A program made the translations under genes and the position numbers. A stretch of 64,000 nucleotides of DNA from Squalus acanthias (taxonomy: Eukaryota), in the NCBI GenBank assembly GCA_030390025.1, contig CM059431.1, forward strand, positions 103,728,001-103,792,000, in the 5' to 3' direction. Shown one piece after another: positions 1-13,012 of the stretch. The stretch's first letter is position 1, and every line of letters begins with the position of its first letter. Under the pieces are notes generated by a model. That model searched no databases. It saw nothing but the letters and a program-made list of their open reading frames with translations, and was not told where the DNA came from.

Positions 1-740
1 TACTCCACTACGAAGTCTCGTGCTTACTCGAAACATGTTGTTGTGAACCAGAGGAGAAAGGAGGTTGACTACTTAGCATTGTGTTAATGGAGTTTTGTAG
101 AGCAGGAAGAGTAGGCAATGGTTGGAGTCAAATAACCCAGCCCAAAAAAATGTACAGGACAATTCCCTCCGGGTGCTGCAATGGACTTTCAACCGGAGGC
201 TGGCAAGTTCTTGGCCTAACCTTCATTTGCCAATAGCTCTGTCCTTACTGAGTGATTTTTTTTACCAGTTCGATGTCAGATTGTTGAATGAGCTTGATAT
301 GACATTGAGCAGGGAGGAGTTGAAATACTGACACAAGCGGTCCCATCCCACAGAAGCTCACTTTCTGCAAACCAAGTTATTGCAAGAGTGACAGTAACAG
401 TGACAAAGAAAAATTACACATGTCCGATCTGCACAAAATATTCTTTTGGGTTCAGTGTCACCGGGCATTCCCATAAGAGGATTTTACGTTCCCTACGCTT
501 AGGAGTTTACCTATATTGATGAATATTTAGTCATGTGATTGAGTCAGCGTGAACTGGAAGCGTAACAATAACATGTCCAACAATGAACCAAGAAACTGCT
601 CTAATTTACATGAAATATATAAATGAACAGAGTACAGTTTCAATGAAGTTCAATCCACTGTTGCTCCTTATAGCAACAAAAACAATAAATTATGCAAATT
701 TAGTGAGTGATATGAGCCTAGCTTCACTTTACAAGTCAGT

Positions 741-1545
741 GGGGGGCGATTTTCGACGGCTCCTTTAGGCACTAAAGAGCCTCCGAGATGGCCAAGATGG
801 GGTCTTGCGCTGAAACGCCGGTTTAGCCCACGTTTATCACAAGGCGCCATCTTGGTAAAGGAGTTGAAGCGCGTGCTAGGGACGGACACCCGTTGGAGCT
901 TTGAGGGGCTGATAGTGCTCATTAACGAGGCTGCACGGCATTTTGGTGTCTAGCACTTGAACTAACGCCCTCTCCTAACGGCCTGCTAGTGCTCATTAAC
1001 GAGGCTGCACGGCATTTTGGTGTCTAGCACTTGAACTAACGCCCTCTCCTAACGGCGACAAGCTGATTAGGAGTTAACAAGTCATTGTTGAGGATTTCGA
1101 GCTCTACCTAGAGGTACATCACCGTTTACTGTTCACTTGCTGCTGAAGGTTTGAAGAGGACTTTTGAAAGACATCGGGAGACTTTCTGGGACACTTTGTC
1201 AAGACCTCACCAACACTCTATCAACATTTATTACGGAAATACTCTTAGGACTTCACCTAAAAAGAGTAAGTGCTGTGCTGCTCTACCTTATTGGACACCT
1301 TATAGGAGTCACCATCTTGCTCGGGGTCCCCCTTGGGGAGGAAGGAATGTGAGGAGGACTTGAGGCCAGGCAGACCAGCTGCTGCAGGAGAGAGGGACAG
1401 GAGGGACAGGAGGGCGAGGTGGACTCCTTCCCCCCTGCGGGTACAGGACATCCCTCGTCCTCTGGACCTCCTCCAACAGAACCTCCAGTGCCGCGTCCGA
1501 GATCCTGTGCGCCCTCTCACTCGGTCCCCGAGCCATCTATCGAGC
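741..1545. mobile_element. Internally deleted Harbinger-like DNA transposon remnant
   Basis: GC-rich end GGGGGCGATTTTC at ~741. Minus ORF 1309-1536 (RAHRISDAALEVLLEEVQRTRDVLYPQGGR) matches the start of the Myb/SANT protein at 29661-30059 (RAMRFSDVALEALVVAVERRRGVLLLQGGR). Right end not identified. Confidence 0.55.
913..1056. repeat. Perfect 70-bp direct repeat, period 74
   Basis: TAGTGCTCATTAACGAGG...CTCCTAACGGC at 913-982 and 987-1056. Confidence 0.95.
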
Positions 1546-2992
1546 ACTCTGTCAACTCATGTTGAAAACCATGATCCTTTATACACCATATTTTGACTAC
1601 ATCAAAGGAAAATGTCAAAATGACGTACCTATTTCCCAAATCCTTTGAAAACCGAATATCTATGTAAGCAGTTTGCAATTGTTTACCTCAGAACCACTCC
1701 CCCTACACGAGACTTCCTGACTTAACATTTGCTAGCATCTTTGAAGTCAAAGTTGTACCAACAGGTACCTGTAGCTAATGGATCCCTCCCCATGTTTTAT
1801 TACCCTAAAACTAAACCATTCATGGGTGACGTCATTACTCACACTTATTCCCTTAAACAAGCACTTTATATCTCAGAAAACACGCAATGCATTCCTTTTA
1901 CCACACTTCAAAGTCATCCTGTTTATATCTGGGAAAGCCTGTTGCTTTAAGATACAAAGAAGTTCGACCGTTAACCCTTAACTCCCCAAGATGTCCAACA
2001 TACATCCCTCCAGGATGTCCAACACCCATCAGTGCCAAATTACCATGACAACTGCGAGGCTGGACAACAGGAGGTCTCCCCCAACTCGGCAGTGTCAACT
2101 GGCTGAGCTCCATCTTAGTTTGACATTATTGAACTGCCATTTGATAAAGTTGCTTACCACTAAACTGCTCATCCGCGAGAAATTTGAAATTTGTACTGCA
2201 AAGAAAAATGAAACGCGTGATAGGAATTTCAGTGCAACAGGGAATGCGTGCGACGGCAGTGATTTATGTCACTGGCGCTAACACTTATCGCTGTTATTGA
2301 GTTGTTTGGTGAAAATTAACTGTTAGAAATCAGGGTTTACAAGTTTGGCATTATTTATGATTGTAATTAGTATGGCACTTTGATGAATTACAATTTTAGC
2401 TGTGCTTCTCGACATTATTGCCATTTGTTCTTCAAATTGAATCAGAATAATAAATTTACACTGGAAAGAGATTTTTTTTTGAACTTTATTGAAATAATCA
2501 CATTCAAAGATGCAGGCTTTGAAGGGATCAAGGCGCCTATATATCTGAATTTCTTGGTTTCTTTTGCTCTAATAGGATAACAAGGGAATATCATATCGTA
2601 TGCTTTTCTGAATTATTCATAAAATGTTCCTAATCTTCTCGAACTCCATGTGCAGGAATGCCCTGGAGCATAAAGTCACAAATCCTCAAGAAATCTTTTG
2701 GATTGAGTTTTGGGGCATGGTTGAATTAATTAGGTTCGAAAATCGCAAAAAACTAGCAAAGTACAAAATGTCAAGTATACATTCAGTGGCAGGAACATAA
2801 TGTGTTGTCAATAATGGAATGCTTTCTTTTTTTTAAAGAGAAAAAGTAGCTAAATAAGCAGATGTAATAAAAATTGGAAGCACAAAAAACGCTAAATGAA
2901 ATGACAGTACAATTACATGGATGGCTACAGGGCAATCATTGAAATACAAGGACAAGAATTAACGAGGTGAGCACTTCTGAACTGATTTCATA

Positions 2993-3778
2993 GCATCATA
3001 GAATAGTACAGCACAGAAGGAGGCCATTCGGCCCCTCGAGTCTGCGCCGGCTCTTTCGAAGAGCAATCCAGTTAGTCCCGCTCCCCCGCTCTTTCCCCAT
3101 ATCCCTGCAATTTTTTCTGCTTCAAGCATTTATCCAATTCCCATTTTGAAGGCTACTATTGAATCTGCCTCCACCATCCTATCAGGCAGCGCATTCCATA
3201 TCCAAACCACTTGTTAGGTAAAAAAAGTTTTTCCTCATGTCGCCTCTGGTTCTTCTGCTAATCACCTTAAATCTGTGCCTTCTGGTTATCGGCCCTTCCG
3301 CCATCGGAAACAGTTTCTCTTTATTTATTCTATCTAAACCCTTCATGATTTTAAACACCTCTATCAAATCTCCTCTTAGCCTTCTCTGCTCTAAGGAGAA
3401 CAACGCCAGCTTCTCCAGTCTATCCACAAAACTCTAATCCCTCATCCCTGGAACCATTCTAGTAAATCTCTTCTGTACCTTCTCCAAAGCCTTCATGTCC
3501 TTCCGAAAGTGTTGCACACAATACTCCAGCTGGGGCCGAACTAGTATTTATAAAGGTTTAGCATAATTCCTGGCTTTTGTACTCGATGCCTCTATTTATA
3601 AAGCCCAGGATCCCACATGCTTTATTAATTGCTTTGTTAACCTGTCCTGCCACCTTCAAAGATTTGTGCACAAACATCCCCAGGTCTCTCTGTTCTTGCA
3701 CCTCCTTTAACATTGGACCATTCAGCTTGTATTGTCTCCCCTCATTCTTCCTACCAAAATGTATCACCTCACACTTTC
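2993..3778 (-). mobile_element. CR1 LINE 3' fragment
   Basis: Minus ORFs 3182-3427 (LFSLEQRRLRGDLIEVFKIMKG) and 3558-3767 (HFGRKN...QRDLG); CR1 3' UTR GGCCGAATGGCCTCCTTCTGTGCTGTA. Confidence 0.9.
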
Positions 3779-4079
3779 TCTTTCCACATTCGGAAAGATT
3801 TGTAATTTCCTAAAAGTAGAGGGAACTAAGGATGTTCAGGGAAAAGTGGTACAATGAAACCTTTAGGATCATGCAATATCTCTCAGGAAAATAGGGACCA
3901 AGAGCTTCATGATTTCCTTTGTCAACAGGCTTGGATGGGGTGCTAAGTATGGTTGAGTGAACCAAAAGCAGTTCATTAAGCAATGGGCATGAGTTAGTGG
4001 TCAGCAAAGCAGGCTACACATCATTTCACAATTACACATGACAAAAGGAAGCTTTTTTATCAGCTTCCACAATATATAC

Positions 4080-4760
4080 ATTAAGAGGGTGATTAGAATG
4101 TGGAACTCGCTACCACAAGGAGTAGTTGAGGAGAAGAGCCTCGATACAGTTAACATACACCGCCAAATAAATGGAAGTGAATCTAGGATGAGATTTGTAA
4201 GCAATTTAAAGAGATTTGCAGGAGTGACACAGTTATAATAACGGGAGACTTTAACTATCCGAAAGCAGACTGGGAAAGCAAAACGGGTTCTGTAAATATA
4301 AGACAGTCACTAATAAATCCAATAGGGAATTCAGGAAAAACTTCCAAAGACCAAACAGGCTGGGGCTCTTTTCTCTAGAAAAGAGAAGACTGAGAGGTGA
4401 CCTGATAGAGGTCTTTAAAATTATGAAGGGGTTTGATAGGGTAGACATAGAGAAGAAGTTGCCACTTTTGGGGATGTCCAAAACTGGGGGCCATCAATAT
4501 AAGATAGTCACTAATAAATCCGATAACGAATTCAGGAGAAACTTCTTTGCCTAGAGAGTGGTTAGAATGTGGAACTCGCTACCACAGGGAGTGGTTGAGG
4601 CAAATGAACACATGAGAGAGAAAGGAATAGAAGGTTATATTGATGGGGTGAGATGAAGAGGGGTGGGAGGAGGCTCGTCTCGAGCCTAAACACTGGCACG
4701 GACCAGTTGGGCCGAATGGCCAGTTGCTGTGCTGTAAATTCTGTGTAATTCTATGTACAT
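4080..4760 (+). mobile_element. Rearranged CR1 3' fragments
   Basis: RLRGDLIEVFK-coding and RMWNSLPQGVVE-coding segments; tail GGCCGAATGGCC...TGTAATTCTATGT. Confidence 0.8.
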
Positions 4761-4974
4761 CAAGTCAATGGACTGAAGTCAAACAAACCTTGTGCTTTTT
4801 CCCTTACCTGGTACATAGAGAGAGAGAAGCCTGAGCTAAGGATCATAAGATCAAAAAAGAGCAAGATATAGAAATTGCTAGCATATTTATCTTTCAAAAA
4901 TCACAGCCACCAAGGTATGAGAATTTCAGGCGCCAGTGATGTACTAAGCAGCAGCCTCATACCCAATCCCGTCA

Positions 4975-5545
4975 GGTACAAAAAGTAATGAAAAAGGCTA
5001 ATGGATTGTTGACCTTGATCTCAAAGGGGTTGGAATACAAAAGTGAGGAAGTGATGCCTCAGTTGAGCAGAGCCTCAGTCTGGAGAACTGTGCTCAGTTT
5101 TGGACACCGAATCTCAGGAAAGTTTTATTGCCCTTGGAAAAGGGCACAGCGCAGATTCACCAGAATGATACCAGGAATAAAAGGGTTCAGTTACAAGGGC
5201 AGGTTGCGTAAACTTGACTTGTACACCCTTGAGTTTAGAATGTTGAGGGGCGGTCTAATTGAGGTGTTTAAAATGATAATGGAATCCAATAGGGTAGATA
5301 CAGAGAAACTATTTCATCTCGTGGGGGAATCCAGAATGAGGGCATCATCTTAAAATTAGGAGTGAAATTAGGAAGCACTTTATTCCACACAAAGTGATAG
5401 TAGAAATCTAGGACTCGCTCCTCCAAAGGGCTGTTGATGCTGGAGGTCAATTGAAGCTTTCAAGACTGAGATCGATAGATCTTTGTTGGGTAAGGGTATC
5501 AAGGACTATGGAACAATGGCGAGTAAATGGAGTTGAGGTACAGAT
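4975..5545 (+). mobile_element. CR1 LINE 3' fragment
   Basis: ORF 4988-5353 KKANGLL...QRRFTRMIPG...LRGGLIEVFKMI. Confidence 0.85.
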
Positions 5546-5726
5546 CATTCTCCTGGTCCCAAGAAGCGGCCTACTGCTCCCTGAAATCTCACTCCCGCCC
5601 ATCACGTCATTTCCTCCGGCTTCAGGCGGGAGTGGATGCGACGCTGCCAAACTTAAAGGAGACCCCGGGGGTTAAAATGGCCCAGACCTCAGGCTTGGCA
5701 GCGCCATTAGGCACTACCCTCCTGAC

Positions 5727-5865
5727 CAATGTTCCCTCAGCTGTCTGTCGGTCCCACGCTGCCCGGAACCGGCTTTTCCAATGTTAAATTTAGCGCATGC
5801 GCGAAACTGTGAATGGGCCCCTTAAAGCGGCCGCGCACCCGAAAAAAAAATTAGGGGGAACACTG
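5727..5865. mobile_element. hAT-type MITE with 8-bp TSD
   Basis: Ends CAATGTTCCC / GGGAACACTG; perfect TSD CTCCTGAC at 5719-5726 and 5866-5873. Confidence 0.85.
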
Positions 5866-5926
5866 CTCCTGACCCGGCTTCGGCACTCCTGCCCCAGGTT
5901 AAAATCAGGGCTTTACTTTCTTATAT

Positions 5927-6372
5927 AAAAGAAAGAACTTGCATTTCTATCGCGCCTTTCACCATCTCAGGACGTCCCAAAACACTTTATAGCCAATGAA
6001 GTACAGTCACTGTTGTAATGTAGGAAACGCAGAAGCCAATTTGCGCACAGCAAGCTCCCACAAACAGCAATGTGATAATGACCAGATCATCTGTTTTAGT
6101 GATGTTGATTGAGGGATAAATATTGGCCACCGGGGATAACTCCCCTGCTCTTCTTTGAAATAGCGCCGTGGGATGTTTTACGTCCACCTGAGAGGGCAGA
6201 CGGGGGCCTCGGTTTAACGTCTCACCCGAAAGACGGCACCTCCGACAGTGCAGCACTCGCTCAGCACTGCACTGGGAGCATCAGCCTAGATATTTGTGCT
6301 CAAGTCTCTGGAGTGGAACTTGAACCCACGACCTTCTGACTCAGAGACGAGAGTGCTACCCACTGAGCCACG
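5927..6372 (-). mobile_element. tRNA-derived SINE with Deu-type core (SacSINE1/AmnSINE1-like)
   Basis: Minus strand: A box TGGCTCAGTGG, B box GGTTCAAGTTCC, core GGAGGTGCCGTCTTTCGG.TGAGACGTTAAACCGAGGCC, L2-like tail. Confidence 0.85.
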
Positions 6373-6763
6373 TGAGAAATGTGTGAGCTTCGGATCCCAT
6401 GATCGACACCAGCTGCTACTCCTCTCATCCTCTTACTGCGCCTGTGTTTCCCTACTCAGTGCTGATGTAGCTGAATTACATTTTCCCCAGTGCAGAGAGC
6501 CACGTAGTACATTTTCTGCCCTGTAGGTGGAGCATGTAGTGCCCACCAGTACGTTTGGGACCTTCTGATACTGGTGGGCACTGCAAGTACTTTGGAGTGT
6601 TTAGAACCAGAGCAATATTATCACTTAGTTTTATAAACTTCCTTCTGTTCCTTTTTTTTTTAGCCGAGTGACTGCTGCCAACGAACCAGAAACTGTGCAG
6701 AAATTTTCTGCACTTAAATCTGTGGTGGTTTAAGTATTAATGTATTATAATATCGTAATAATA

Positions 6764-7202
6764 GTGTCAGCTGTGGCTCAGTGGGGAGCACCCTCACCTC
6801 TCAGATCAGAAGGTTTGTCGGTTCATAGTCCCACTCCAGAGACTTGAACACAAAAAGCTAGGCTGACACTCCCAGTGCAGTGCTGAGGGACTGCCGCACT
6901 GTCAGAGGTGCCGTCTTTCAGATGAGATGTTAAACCGAGGCCCCGTCTGCTCTCTCAGGTCAGACGTAAAAGATCCCGCGGCCACTATTTCGAAGAAGAA
7001 CAGGGGAGTTATCCCTGGTGTCCTGGGCCAATATTTCTCCCTCAACCAACATAACAAAAACAGATGACCTGGTCACTATCACATTGCTGTTTGTGGGACC
7101 TTGCTGTGCGCAAATTGGCTGCTGCGTTTCCCACATTACAACAGCGCTTTGAGACGTCCGATGGTCGTGAAAGACGCTATATAAACGCAAGTCTTTCTTT
7201 CT
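6764..7202 (+). mobile_element. tRNA-derived SINE with Deu-type core
   Basis: TGGCTCAGTGG at 6774; core GAGGTGCCGTCTTTCAGATGAGATGTTAAACCGAGGCCCC; tail GCTATATAAACGCAAGTCTTTCTTT. Confidence 0.85.
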
Positions 7203-7451
7203 AATATTGCAGGAATCTGTGGAGCTCTGGGTTGCTTCACTAATAATATCGCGAGTTGGATTAAGTTTAACTGCATAATAATTTTGCGGGGGGGCGGAGG
7301 GCTGCGGAGATTTATTCGCTTGAAGCGTGAGCTCCGTGTGAAGGGAAAGAAGAAGAAAAGTAATGAAAATGGACATTTGCTGAGTTTTGTTGGCGCAGAT
7401 TTTCTTTCCCTGACGTGGCTATGTTCGGCAGCAGTGAACTCTTTTCACCAC

Positions 7452-10400
7452 CCGCCCTGCCCCGCCCTGCCCCGCCCAGCCCCTCCCCTCCTCGCCCCTC
7501 CCCTCCCCTCCCTGCCCTTCCCCTCCCCTCCCCGCCCCTCCCCTCCCCACCCCGCCACTCCCCACCCCGCCCAGCCCCTCCCCTCCTCGCCCCTCCCCTC
7601 CCCGCCCTGCCCTTCCCCTCCCCTCCCCTCCCCGCCCCTCCCCTCCCCACCCCGCCACTCCCCACCCCGCCCAGCCCCTCCCCTCCTCGCCCCTCCCCTC
7701 CCCTCCCCTCCCTGCCCTTCCCCTCCCCTCCCCTCCCTGCCCCTCCCCTCCCCACCCCGCCACTCCCCTCCCCACCCAGCCCCTCCCCACCCCTCCCCTC
7801 CCCTCCCCGCCCAGCCTCTCCCCTCCCCTCCCCGCCCAGCCTCTCCCCTCCCCTTCCCGCCCAACCCCTCCCCACCCCTCCTCTCCCCTTCCCGCCCAAC
7901 CCCTCCCCACACCTCCCCACCCAACCCCTCCCCACCCCTCCCCGCCCAGCCTCTCCCCACCCCTCCCCTCCCCTCCCCGCCCAGCCTCTCCCCTCCCCTT
8001 CCCGCCCAACCCCTCCCCACCCCTCCCCTCCCCTTCCCGCCCAACCCCTCCCCACACTGCCCCTCCCCACCCCTCCCCTCCCCTCCCCGCCCAGCCTCTC
8101 CCCACCCCACCCCGCCCAACCCCTCCCCACCCCTCCCCGCCCAACCCCTCCCCACCCCTCCCCTCCCCGCCCAGCCCCTCCCCGCCCCTCCCCTCCCCTC
8201 CCCGCCCAGCCCCTCCCCGTTCCTCCCCTCCCCTCCCCGCCCCACCCAGCCCCTCCCCACCCCTCCCAACCCCCACAGCCCCTCCCCGCCCCGACCCGAC
8301 CCTCCCCTCCACGCTCCTCCTCTCCCCTCCCCGCCCATCCCCTCCCCTCCCCTCCCCATCCCCGCCCCTCCCCGCCCAGCCCCTCCCCTCCACGGCCAGC
8401 TCCTTCCCACCCCTCCCCTCCCAGCCCCTCCCCACCCCTCCCCTCCCCTCCCCCCCAGCCTCTCCCCTCCCCTCCCCGCCCAGCCTCTCCCCTCCCCTTC
8501 CCGCCCAACCCCTCCCCAGCCCGCCCCTCCCCTCCCCCCCAGCCCCTCCCCGCCCCTCCCCTCCCCGCCCAGCCCCTCACCGCCCCTCCCCTCCCCTCCC
8601 CGCCCAGCCCCTCCCCGTTCCTCCCCTCCCCTCCCCGCCCCACCCAGCCCCTCCCCACCCCTCCCCTCCCCGCCCAGCCCCTCCCCACCCCTCCCAACCC
8701 CCACAGCCCCTTCCCACCCCTCCCCTCCCAGCCCCTCCCCACCCCTCCACTCCCCTCCCCGCCCAGCCTCTCCCCTCCCCTCCCCGCCCAGCCCCTCCCC
8801 TCCCCTTCCCGCCCAACCCCTCCCCACTCCGCCCCTCCCCTCCCCTCCCCTCCACGCCCAGCATCTCCCCTCCCCGCCCAGCCCCTTCCCACCCTTCCTT
8901 CCCAGCCCCTCCCCACCCCTCCCCTCCTCTCCCCTCCCCCCCAGCCTCTCCCCTCCCCCCCAGCCTCTCCCCTCCCCTTCCCACCCAACCCCTCCCCACC
9001 CCGCCCCTCCCCTCCCCTCCCCTCCCAGCCCCTCTCCTCCCCACCCAGTCCCTTCCCACCCCTCCGCTCCCAGCCCCTCCCCTCCCCTCCCCGCCCAGCC
9101 CCTCCCCTCCCCGCCCAGCCCCTTCCCACCCCTCCCCTCCCAGCCCCTCCCCACCCCTCCCCTCCCCTCCCCTCCCCGCCCAGCCCCTCCCCTCCCCGCC
9201 CAGCCCCTTCCCACCCCTCCCCTCCCAGCCCCTCCCCACCCCTCCCCTCCCCTCCCCTCCCCTCCCCTTCCCGCCCAACCCCTCCCCACCCCGCCCCTCC
9301 CCTCCCCTCCCCGCCCCGCCCAGCCCTTCCCCTCCCCTCCCCACCCTTCCCCACCCCTCCCCTCCCCACCCAGCCCAGCCCCTCCCCACCCCTCCCCTCC
9401 CCTCCGCTTCCCGTCCAACCCCTCCCCGCCCAACCCCTCCCCACCCCTCGCCGCCCAGCCCCTCCCCACCCCTCCCCTCCCCGCCCAGCCCAGCCCCTCC
9501 CCACCCCTCCCCTCCCTTCCCCGCCCAGCCCCTCCCACCCCTCCCCGCCCAGCCCCTCCCCACCCCTCCCCGCCCAGCCCCTCCCCGCCCAGCCCCTCCC
9601 CGCCCCTCCCCTCCCCTCCCCGCCCAGCCCCTCCCCGTTCCTCCCCTCCCCTCCCCGCCCCACCCAGCCCCTCCCCACCCCTCCCAACCCCCACAGCCCC
9701 TCCCCGCCCCGACCCGACCCTCCCCTCCACGCTCCTCCTCTCCCCTCCCCGCCCATCCCCTCCCCTCCCCTCCCCATCCCCGCCCCTCCCCGCCCAGCCC
9801 CTCCCCTCCACGGCCAGCTCCTTCCCACCCCTCCCCTCCCAGCCCCTCCCCACCCCTCCCCTCCCCTCCCCGCCCAGCCTCTCCCCTCCCCTCCCCGCCC
9901 AGCCTCTCCCCTCCCCTTCCCGCCCAACCCCTCCCCACCCCGCCCCTCCCCTCCCGCCCAGCCCCTCCCCGCCCCTCCCCTCCCCGCCCAGCCCCTCACC
10001 GCCCCTCCCCTCCCCTCCCCGCCCAGCCCCTCCCCGTTCCTCCCCTCCCCTCCCCGCCCCACCCAGCCCCTCCCCACCCCTCCCCTCCCCGCCCAGCCCC
10101 TCCCCACCCCTCCCAACCCCCACAGCCCCTTCCCACCCCTCCCCTCCCAGCCCCTCCCCACCCCTCCACTCCCCTCCCCGCCCAGCCTCTCCCCTCCCCT
10201 CCCCGCCCAGCCCCTCCCCTCCCCTTCCCGCCCAACCCCTCCCCACTCCGCCCCTCCCCTCCCCTCCCCTCCACGCCCAGCATCTCCCCTCCCCGCCCAG
10301 CCCCTTCCCACCCTTCCTTCCCAGCCCCTCCCCACCCCTCCCCTCCTCTCCCCTCCCCCCCAGCCTCTCCCCTCCCCCCCAGCCTCTCCCCTCCCCTTCC

Positions 10401-11022
10401 CACCCAACCCCTCCCCACCCCGCCCCTCCCCTCCCCTCCCCTCCCAGCCCCTCTCCTCCCCACCCAGTCCCTTCCCACCCCTCCGCTCCCAGCCCCTCCC
10501 CTCCCCTCCCCGCCCAGCCCCTCCCCTCCCCGCCCAGCCCCTTCCCACCCCTCCCCTCCCAGCCCCTCCCCACCCCTCCCCTCCCCTCCCCTCCCCGCCC
10601 AGCCCCTCCCCTCCCCGCCCAGCCCCTTCCCACCCCTCCCCTCCCAGCCCCTCCCCACCCCTCCCCTCCCCTCCCCTCCCCTCCCCTTCCCGCCCAACCC
10701 CTCCCCACCCCGCCCCTCCCCTCCCCTCCCCGCCCCGCCCAGCCCTTCCCCTCCCCTCCCCACCCTTCCCCACCCCTCCCCTCCCCACCCAGCCCAGCCC
10801 CTCCCCACCCCTCCCCTCCCCTCCGCTTCCCGTCCAACCCCTCCCCGCCCAACCCCTCCCCACCCCTCGCCGCCCAGCCCCTCCCCACCCCTCCCCTCCC
10901 CGCCCAGCCCAGCCCCTCCCCACCCCTCCCCTCCCTTCCCCGCCCAGCCCCTCCCACCCCTCCCCGCCCAGCCCCTCCCCACCCCTCCCCGCCCAGCCCC
11001 TCCCCAGCCCTCCCCTCCCCTC
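7452..11022. repeat. C-rich pentamer (CCCCT/CCCCG/CCCAG/CCCCA) array with ~1419-bp higher-order duplication
   Basis: Rare markers recur at offset 1418-1419: GACCCGAC 8293/9711, CACGGCCAG 8391/9809, GCATCT 8861/10280, GTCCAAC 9413/10832. Confidence 0.95.
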
Positions 11023-11571
11023 CCTGCTGTCGAAGTTTCGACTTCCGAGTAAGACTCTTGAAACAGTATCGTCAAAGACAGGCTTTATTATTTACTTGCT
11101 TGCAAGCAGATTGCACCACAGTCCAATGGCTACGATGACACTTTGAAAAATTCACAGAAAATGGAACATTCTTATACACTGAAAACACAAGCTTTCCATA
11201 TCACATGACATGTTGTTTATGGTAAGCTAAGTTAAAAGTTAAAAAAAACATAAAAAATGCCTTACGATGAGACTAGCTAATCTCTACAAAATGGAGTCTA
11301 TCTATCTGTTCTTCTTCTCCCACCAAGGCCAAGGCACCTGGTTGTTTACTTCACTAGTCCTTGGTTATCTCAAGTTGATTAGAAGAAGCCTTTTTTCTCT
11401 CCGTACTAGCAGACTATGAAGACAGCATAGTCTGCAAAGTCAAATTCATCTCCATGAGAAGTCATAAACAACTTTATCTTTTCCCAAACAAGTCAGAGTC
11501 GGCCATTTTGTATCACTCTTTGTCTCTAGGAAGCCATTTTGTGTCCGAGAACAAAAATACACTTCCACACC

Positions 11572-13012
11572 ACCCAGCCCCTCCCCACCCAGCCCCTCCC
11601 CGCCCCTCCCCTCCCCGCCCAGCCCCTCACCGCCCCTCCCCGCCCAGCCCCTCACCGCCACTCCCCTCCCCGCCCAGCCCCTCACCGCCCCTCCCCTCCC
11701 CGCCCAGCCCCTCACCACCCGTCCCCTCCCCGCCCAGCCCCTCACCGCCTCTCCCCTCCCTGCCCAGCCCCTCACCGCCCCTCCCCTCCCCGCCCAGCCC
11801 CTCACCGCCCCTCCCCACCCCGCCCAGCCCATCACCGCCCCTCCCCTCTCCGCCCAGCCCCTCACCGCCCCTCCCCTCCCCTCCCCGCCCAGCCCCTCCC
11901 CGTTCCTCCCCTCTCCGCCCAGCCCCTCCCCGCCCCTCCCCTCCCCCACAGCCCCTCCACACCCAGCCCCTCCCCGCCCCTCCCCTCCCCTCCACGCCCA
12001 GCCCCTCCCCACCCCTCCCCTCCCCGCCCAGCCCCTCCCCGCCCCTCCCCTCCCCTACCCGCCCCGCCCCTCCCCGCCCCTCCCCTCCCCTCCCCGCCCA
12101 GCACCTCCCCTCCCTGCCCAACCCCTCCCCGCCCCTCCCCTCCCCTCCCCGCCCAACCCCTCCCCGCCCCTCCCTCCCCGCCCAGCCCCTCCCCGCCCCT
12201 CCTCGCCCTGCCCAGCCCCTCCCCACCCCTCCCCATCCCTCCCCAACCAGCCCCTCCCCGCCCCTCCCCGCCCAGCCCAGCCCCTCCCCACCCCTCCCCT
12301 CCCCACCACTCCCCTCCCTCCCCGCCCAGCCCCTCCCCATTCCTCCCCTCCCCTCCCCGCCCAGCCCCTCCCCACCCCTCCCCGCCCAGCCCCTCCCCAC
12401 CCCTCCCCTCCCCCCCAGCCCCTCCCCGCCCAGCCCCTACCCTCCCCGCCCCTCCTCTCCCCTCCACGCTCCTCCTCTCTCCTCCCCGCCCAACCCCTCC
12501 CCTCCCCATCCCCGCCCCTCCCCGCCCAGCCCCTCCCCTCCCCGCCCAGCCCCTTCCCACCCCTCCCCTCCCAGCCCCTCCCCTCCCCGCCCAGCCCCTT
12601 CCCACCCCTCCCCTCCCAGCCCCTCACCGCCCCTCCCCTCCCCGCCCAGCCCCTCACCGCCCCTCCCCTCCCCGCCCAGCCCCTCACCGCCCCTCCCCTC
12701 CCCGCCCAGCCCCTCACCGCCCCTCCCCTCCCCGCCCAGCCCCTCACCGCCCCTCCCCTCCCCGCTCAGCCCCTCACCGCCCCTCCCCTCCCCGCCCAGC
12801 CCCTCACCGCCCCTCCCCTCCCCTCCCCGCCCAGCCCCTCCCCGTTCCTCCCCTCTCCGCCCAGCCCTTCCCCGCCCCTCCCCTCCCCCACAGCCCCTCC
12901 CCACCCAGCCCCTCCCCGCCCCTCCCCTCCCCTCCACGCCCAGCCCCTCCCCACCCCTCCCCTCCCTGCCCAGCCCCTCCCCGCCCCTCCCCTCCCCTAC
13001 CCGCCCCTCCCT
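11572..13012. repeat. Second C-rich pentamer array with 30-bp subunits
   Basis: Runs of CCCGCCCAGCCCCTCACCGCCCCTCCCCTC; internal duplication at offset ~942 (GTTCCTCC 11902/12844). Confidence 0.95.

Noticed and set aside
913..1056. CRISPR-like repeat
   Set aside because: Only two adjacent copies, no spacers, eukaryotic context.
6764..6840. tRNA gene
   Set aside because: A/B boxes belong to a SINE head; no cloverleaf, and it continues into the SINE core.
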